This document shows positions 59,176-64,000 of a DNA stretch of 64,000 nt, in pieces (position 1 is the first letter of the stretch; the number at the start of each line of letters is the position of its first letter). Position numbers and translations under genes: made by a program. The stretch is taken from the NCBI GenBank assembly GCA_963752285.1, contig CAVVXN010000005.1, positions 1,760,001 through 1,824,000 of the forward strand. Direction: 5' to 3'. A model generated the notes under the pieces. It did no database searches and was not told where the DNA came from. It was given only the letters and a program-made list of their open reading frames with translations. Source of the stretch: an uncultured Planctomycetota bacterium (GTDB lineage Bacteria; Planctomycetota; PLA2; JAEUHO01).

Positions 59176-60440
59176 CCGCCGTGCCGTCCCCCGCGGCGTC
59201 CTCGTCCCCGTCGTCCACGACCTTCGACGCGGCGGCCGCGGCCGAGGCGTTCCCGATCCTCGCGCGCACGATCCGCGGGCGCCGGCTCGTCTATCTCGAC
59301 AACGCCGCGACCACACAGAAGCCCCGCGCGGTGATCGACGCGCTCCTCAGCTACTACGAGACCCACAACTCGAACGTCCACCGCGGCGTCCACCTCCTGA
59401 GCCAGGAGGCGACGGAGGGCTACGAGGGCGCGCGAGAGACGGTCCGGCGCTTCCTCGGCGCGGCCTCGACCCGCGAGATCGTCTTCACGCGCGGCACGAC
59501 CGAGTCGATCAACCTGGTGGCGCAGGCGTGGGGGCGAGCGAACGTCCGCGCCGGCGACTCGGTGCTCGTCACCGAGATGGAGCACCACAGCGACATCGTG
59601 CCGTGGCAGATGCTCTGCCAGGCGACCGGCGCGCGCCTCGACGTCCTTCCGATCGACGACGCGGGCGCGCTGCGCATGGACCTCCTCGACGCGCACCTCG
59701 GCCCGAGGACCCGGCTCGTGGGCGTCGTGCACGTGAGCAACGCCCTCGGCACGAGGAACCCCGTCGAGGAGGTCGTCCGGCGCGCCCACGCCGCGGGGGC
59801 CCTCGTCCTCGTGGACGGCGCGCAGGCGGTGCCTCACCTGCCGGTGGACGTCCGCGCGATCGACGCGGACTTCTACGCGTTCTCGGGCCACAAGGTCTAC
59901 GGCCCCACCGGCATCGGCGTGCTGTACGGCAAGGAGGCGCTCCTCGACGCGATGCCGCCGTGGCAGGGTGGCGGAGACATGATCAAGATGGTCACGTTCG
60001 AGCACACGACCTGGAACGACCTGCCGTACAAGTTCGAGGCCGGCACGCCCCACGTCGCGGGCGCGATCGGGCTCGGTGTCGCGCTCGAGTACGTGGAGTC
60101 GCTCGGCCGCGACCGGCTCCGCGCCCACGAGCAGGACCTCCTCCGGTACGGGACGGACCGGCTCCTCGCGGTCGAGGGCCTCCGGCTGATCGGGACCGCG
60201 CCCGAGAAGAGCGCCGTCCTCTCGTTCGTGCTGGACGGCGTCCACCCGCACGACGCGGGGACCATCCTCGACCACGAGGGCGTCGCGGTCCGGACCGGCC
60301 ACCACTGCGCGTACCCCGTCATGCAGCGCTTCGGGGTGCCCGCGACGACCCGCGCCTCGCTCGCGCTCTACAACACGCGGGACGACGTCGACGCGCTCGT
60401 TGCGGCTCTCGCCGAGGTTCGGAAGGTGTTCCCCCGATGA
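59172..60440 (+). CDS. sufS: Cysteine desulfurase SufS
   Basis: YLDNAATTQKP, NVHRGVH, MEHHS, FSGHK, VRTGHHCA; GTG 59172. Confidence 0.96.
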   Translation: MTAVPSPAASSSPSSTTFDAAAAAEAFPILARTIRGRRLVYLDNAATTQKPRAVIDALLSYYETHNSNVHRGVHLLSQEATEGYEGARETVRRFLGAASTREIVFTRGTTESINLVAQAWGRANVRAGDSVLVTEMEHHSDIVPWQMLCQATGARLDVLPIDDAGALRMDLLDAHLGPRTRLVGVVHVSNALGTRNPVEEVVRRAHAAGALVLVDGAQAVPHLPVDVRAIDADFYAFSGHKVYGPTGIGVLYGKEALLDAMPPWQGGGDMIKMVTFEHTTWNDLPYKFEAGTPHVAGAIGLGVALEYVESLGRDRLRAHEQDLLRYGTDRLLAVEGLRLIGTAPEKSAVLSFVLDGVHPHDAGTILDHEGVAVRTGHHCAYPVMQRFGVPATTRASLALYNTRDDVDALVAALAEVRKVFPR

Positions 60441-60886
60441 GCGATCTCCGGTCCCTCTACCAGGAGGTCGTGCTCGACCACGGCCGGAGCCCGCGGAACC
60501 GGCGACGGATCGAGGGGGCCCGCGAGGCGAAGGGAGAGAACCCGCTCTGCGGCGACGAGGTGACCGTGTACGTGCGGATCGAGGACGGCGTGATCCGGGA
60601 CGCCTCGTTCGAGGGATCGGGCTGCGCGATCTCGACGGCGTCCGCCTCGATCATGACCCAGGTCCTCCCGGGAAAGACCCCCGCGGAGGCGCTCCGCCTC
60701 TTCGAGCGGTACCACGACGTCGTGACGGGTCGCGCCGACCCCGCCGGGGGGACGGAGGACCTGGGCAAGCTCGCGGCCTTCGCCGGCGTCTCCGAGTTCC
60801 CCGTCCGGGTGAAGTGCGCGACGCTCGCCTGGCACACGCTGAAGGCCGCCCTCGAGCAGCAGCCCGAGATCGTCACGACCGAATGA
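60437..60886 (+). CDS. sufU: SUF system NifU-family protein SufU
   Basis: LYQEVVLDH, NPLCGD, GCAISTASAS, PVRVKCATLAWH; ATG 60437. Confidence 0.93.
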   Translation: MSDLRSLYQEVVLDHGRSPRNRRRIEGAREAKGENPLCGDEVTVYVRIEDGVIRDASFEGSGCAISTASASIMTQVLPGKTPAEALRLFERYHDVVTGRADPAGGTEDLGKLAAFAGVSEFPVRVKCATLAWHTLKAALEQQPEIVTTE

Positions 60887-60917
60887 AGCCCCGCGCCGCC
60901 GCGAACGGGAGTCCCCG

Positions 60918-61280
60918 ATGACCGAAGCCCCCGATCCCCAACCCGCCGCGGAAGAGCCCCTCGCCCCGGAGGCGCTCGGCCGGATCCGGGAGGACGTCGT
61001 GGAGATGCTGCGAACCGTCTACGACCCCGAGATCCCCGTCAACGTGTACGAGCTCGGGCTCGTGTACGACGTGGACGTGAAGGCCGACGGCTTCGTCGTG
61101 GTCCGGATGACGCTGACCTCCCCCTCCTGCCCGGTGGCCGAGAGCCTCCCCGGCGAGGTCGAAGTCCGGGTGAACGGCGTCGAGGGGGTCCGCGGCTGCG
61201 AGGTGGACCTCACGTGGGACCCGCCCTGGGACCCCTCGAAGATGAGCGAGGCGGCCCGCCTCCAGCTCGGGTTCATGTAG
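60918..61280 (+). CDS. sufT: SufT/DUF59 Fe-S assembly protein
   Basis: VYDPEIPVNVYELGL, MTLTSPSCP, WDPPW..MSEAARLQLG. Confidence 0.9.
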   Translation: MTEAPDPQPAAEEPLAPEALGRIREDVVEMLRTVYDPEIPVNVYELGLVYDVDVKADGFVVVRMTLTSPSCPVAESLPGEVEVRVNGVEGVRGCEVDLTWDPPWDPSKMSEAARLQLGFM

Positions 61281-61393
61281 GGGCCGAGACGCCGCGGCCG
61301 CGCCCGCGCGGGGCCCCCACCGGTGTATGTTGAGCCCACCCCGAGGCCGGTCCGGACGCCTCGGCGTCGGCCTCGTGCCGAGGAGGGAACACC

Positions 61394-62392
61394 ATGCGGA
61401 CCACCGCGCTCCTGACCGCAGCGCTTCTCGGTGTCTCGTTCGGCGTCGCGAACCCGGCGCTCTCTGCGCCCGGCGTCGGCGACGCCGCGCCGGCGTTCGA
61501 CGGGAAGGGCTATCACAACACCCCGCCGATCTCGATGTCGGACCTGAAGGGGCGCGTGATCCTCCTCGAGATCTTTCGAACCTGGTGAGGCCCCTGCAAG
61601 GGTCAGGTCGGGCACCTGAACGAGCTTCACGAGCGCTACGCAGAGAAGGGCCTCACGGTCCTCGCGATCTCCAACGAGGACGAGGAGAAGGTGGACGAGT
61701 TCGTCTCGAGCCTCTCTCCCGCCTACCCGATCGTCGTCGAGTCCTCCGACAGCCAGACGCTCTACGGCGTGAACGGATTCCCGTCGTCGGTCCTGATCGG
61801 CCCCGACGGGAAGATCGCCTGGTCGGGCCACCCGGCCAAGGTCTCCGAGGACCAGATCGAGGAGCTCCTCCGCGACGTCGAGCTGTTCCCCGACCTCCCC
61901 TCGAAGCTCGTCCCGATCCGGCGGTCGATCGAGAAGGGCCGGTACGAGGAGGCCCGGGTCGCGCTCGAGAAGGCGCGTGACGCGGCCGCGTCGGACGAGA
62001 CCGAGTCCAAGTGGGTCGAGAAGCTCGGCGCCTGGCTCGCGTGGTACCGGACGTCGGCGGTGGACCGCGCCACGAAGGCGACGGACCGCGGCGACTTCTA
62101 CGTGGCTTGGAAGACGTGGCTCGACGTCGAGAAGTCCTGGAAGGGCTCGGACCTCGAGAAGGAGGCCGAGGAGAAGGTGAAGGACCTTCTCGGCGACAAG
62201 GACCACAAGAACGAGATCGAGGCGGGGAAGAAGCTCGCCGAGATCAAGGACCGCATCCGAGGCGAGAGCCCGAAGAAGGCGATCAAGCAGCTCGAGCGGA
62301 TGTCGAGCAAGCGGTACGACGGGACGCTCGCCGCGAAGCAGGCGCAGGAGCTGATCGAGACGTACCAGAAGGAGATCGAGGCGCTGAAGTAG
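61394..62392 (+). CDS. Predicted selenoprotein: signal peptide + TlpA/redoxin domain with UxxC motif + helical C-terminal domain (332 aa with UGA read as Sec)
   Basis: ORFs 61394-61588 and 61691-62392 are in one frame separated only by TGA 61586-61588; read-through gives LKGRVILLEIFRTW-U-GPCKGQVGHLNELHERY and the cis-Pro region YGVNGFPSSVLIGPDG. Confidence 0.88.
61598..61627 (+). promoter_or_regulatory. Candidate bacterial SECIS hairpin
   Basis: TCAGGT-CGGGC-ACCTGA (61603-61619) perfect 6-bp stem with G-rich loop starting 15 nt after the UGA; lower AAG/CTT pairing. Confidence 0.7.
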
Positions 62393-62404
62393 CGCCCAGA
62401 TCCC

Positions 62405-64000
62405 TCAGACCCGTCGTCCCGCGCGCTCCGGGGCCTCTTTCACGTGGAGGTCCAGCTGCGGGAACGGGATCGAGATCCCGTGCCGGCGGAGCGTCTCGAA
62501 GATCGCGTACCTCAGGTCCGACGCCACCGCGAAGCGGGAGGTCAGGCGCGGGGTGTAGCACAGCAGCGTGAAGTCGATCGACGACGCGCCGAAGTTCATG
62601 AACCACACGGTGGGCTCGGGATCCGCCAGGACATCGGAGTGCTGGGTCGCGACCTCCAGGAGCAGATCACGCACGCGCCGCGGGTCCTCGCCGTAGTCCA
62701 CACCCACCTCGATCTTCAGGCGCGTGTGGCCCATGCCGTACGAGAGGTTCGTGACGCGCTCGCCGAGCATCTGGCGGTTCGGGATCGTTACGCTCGTGTT
62801 CTCGTACGTGCGGATCACGGTTCCCCGCATACGGATGTCCTCGACCCGCCCCGTCGTCTCCCCCACCTGGACCGTGTCGCCGACGCGGATCGGACGCTCG
62901 ACCAGCATGATCAGACCGCTGAAGAAGTTGCCGATCACGTCCTGCAGACCGAGTCCGATGCCGACGCCGGCCGCGCCGAAGAACCAGCCGAGCGACCCGG
63001 TCTCGATGCCCACCGCTCCCAGCGCGAGCACGAACGCCAGAGCGATCACGGTGTAGCGGAGCACGGCGAGGATCGCGTACCGCGCCCCGATCTCGAGCCG
63101 AGTCCGCGGGAACACGAAGAACGTCAGGGTCTGACGCACCAGCCAGCCGGCCGCGAGCGCGAGCACGACCTGCAGGATCCCCCCCCCACGCGTCCCCAGG
63201 TCGGCCAGCCGGAGATCCCGAAGAGCGGGGTCGAGAGCGCGTGCGCCACGTCCGAGGGGCCGATCTCCCAGCCCGCCAGGACCCAGGCGACCGCCCCGAG
63301 TACCACGAGGATCCGAAGCGCCACCTCGAGGATTCGCTCCAGCCCGAGCAGCACCGGGTCGGGTTGGAGCTCGCCGCCCGCGGCCGCGCTCGCCACGCCG
63401 GCGGGCGCCTCGTCGCCGCGCAGGTACCCGATCGAGTTGACGAGCGCGGCGCGGAGGTAGTGGTACGCGATCACGGCGACCACCAGCTGTACGCCCGTGG
63501 CCACCAGGTTCGACGCGACGAAGTGGGCGAGCGGCACGTAGCCGAGCCCCTCCACCACGACGAGGAGCAGCCCCGCCAGGATCAGGAGCGGCACGAGGAG
63601 CCGCCCCGCGAACCGGCCGATGAGGCCCCAGAAGCGGTGTCCCTGCCGGTTCCTGAGCCACGCGAAGAGACCGGTGGAGGCGACGAGCGCGGCGATCCCG
63701 ATCACGAAGAGGGCGCTCTCGAGGACCCCGAGGGCGGCGACGACCGACGGTCGCCACGCGTTCTCCGTGACGAGCCAGCGGCCGATCTCGCTCACGAAGA
63801 GGAGGAAGAGGAACAACCGGAGCCCGGCCGCGAGGGAGCGTGCCTTCGCGTCACGGAGCGGGAGGATCCGGAGCGCCGGACGCGTCGGAGACAGCACCTC
63901 CATCAGGAGGCTCCGCGCGAGGCCGTACGCCAGGAACGCGAGGCCCGCGACGAGCGCCTGCCGGCGGATCCCCTCGGTCGCGCCGAGCAGGCGAGGGATC
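62405..64000 (-). CDS. Large MscS-family mechanosensitive channel, 5'-truncated by the window and frameshifted at a G9 run
   Basis: C-terminal MscS motifs (GVGIGLGLQD, ERPIRVGD, IPNRQ, GISIPFPQLDLH) in one frame; upstream TM helices in another frame open to the window end; switch at 63179-63187. Confidence 0.8.

Noticed and set aside
61394..61588. Separate 64-aa peptide or nonsense pseudogene
   Set aside because: The stop sits exactly on the catalytic Cys position and is followed by a SECIS-like hairpin, so Sec read-through is the better explanation

Overview
Very GC-rich, gene-dense bacterial window. A Planctomycetota-like host is my inference from the TPR/tandem RNAP alpha-CTD protein, the DUF1570-like secreted proteins and the CRTAC1/ASPIC lipoprotein. 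Housekeeping and general metabolism: murA, ruvA, asnS, a MoxR ATPase, recQ, divergent otsA/otsB, ftcd-arcC-argF and a complete Rrf2-sufBCDSUT operon. Two large minus-strand accessory clusters: (i) an anaerobic benzoyl-CoA pathway (had-oah-GNAT-dch-bcrCBAD-SDR-GNAT-Rrf2) and (ii) an unusual type II FAS/PKS cluster with two active ketosynthases, two ketosynthase-like subunits lacking the catalytic Cys, two FabZ, FabG, a FabL-like reductase, AcpS and an enlarged ACP fused to a 4-Cys zinc-ribbon-like tail. Signals the ORF track does not show: a signal-peptide-bearing TlpA-like selenoprotein (in-frame UGA in a W-U-G-P-C motif with a SECIS-like hairpin) directly after the suf operon; a structured ~100-bp repeat family whose terminal stem contains the stop codon of the upstream gene and covaries between two loci; an 8-copy G-rich hairpin tandem array; a consensus sigma54 promoter with a long leader; and a frameshift at a G9 run in an MscS-family gene. 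No tRNA, rRNA, CRISPR array or transposase was recognised. Start codons were adjusted by eye and all family calls are by motif recognition, not database search.
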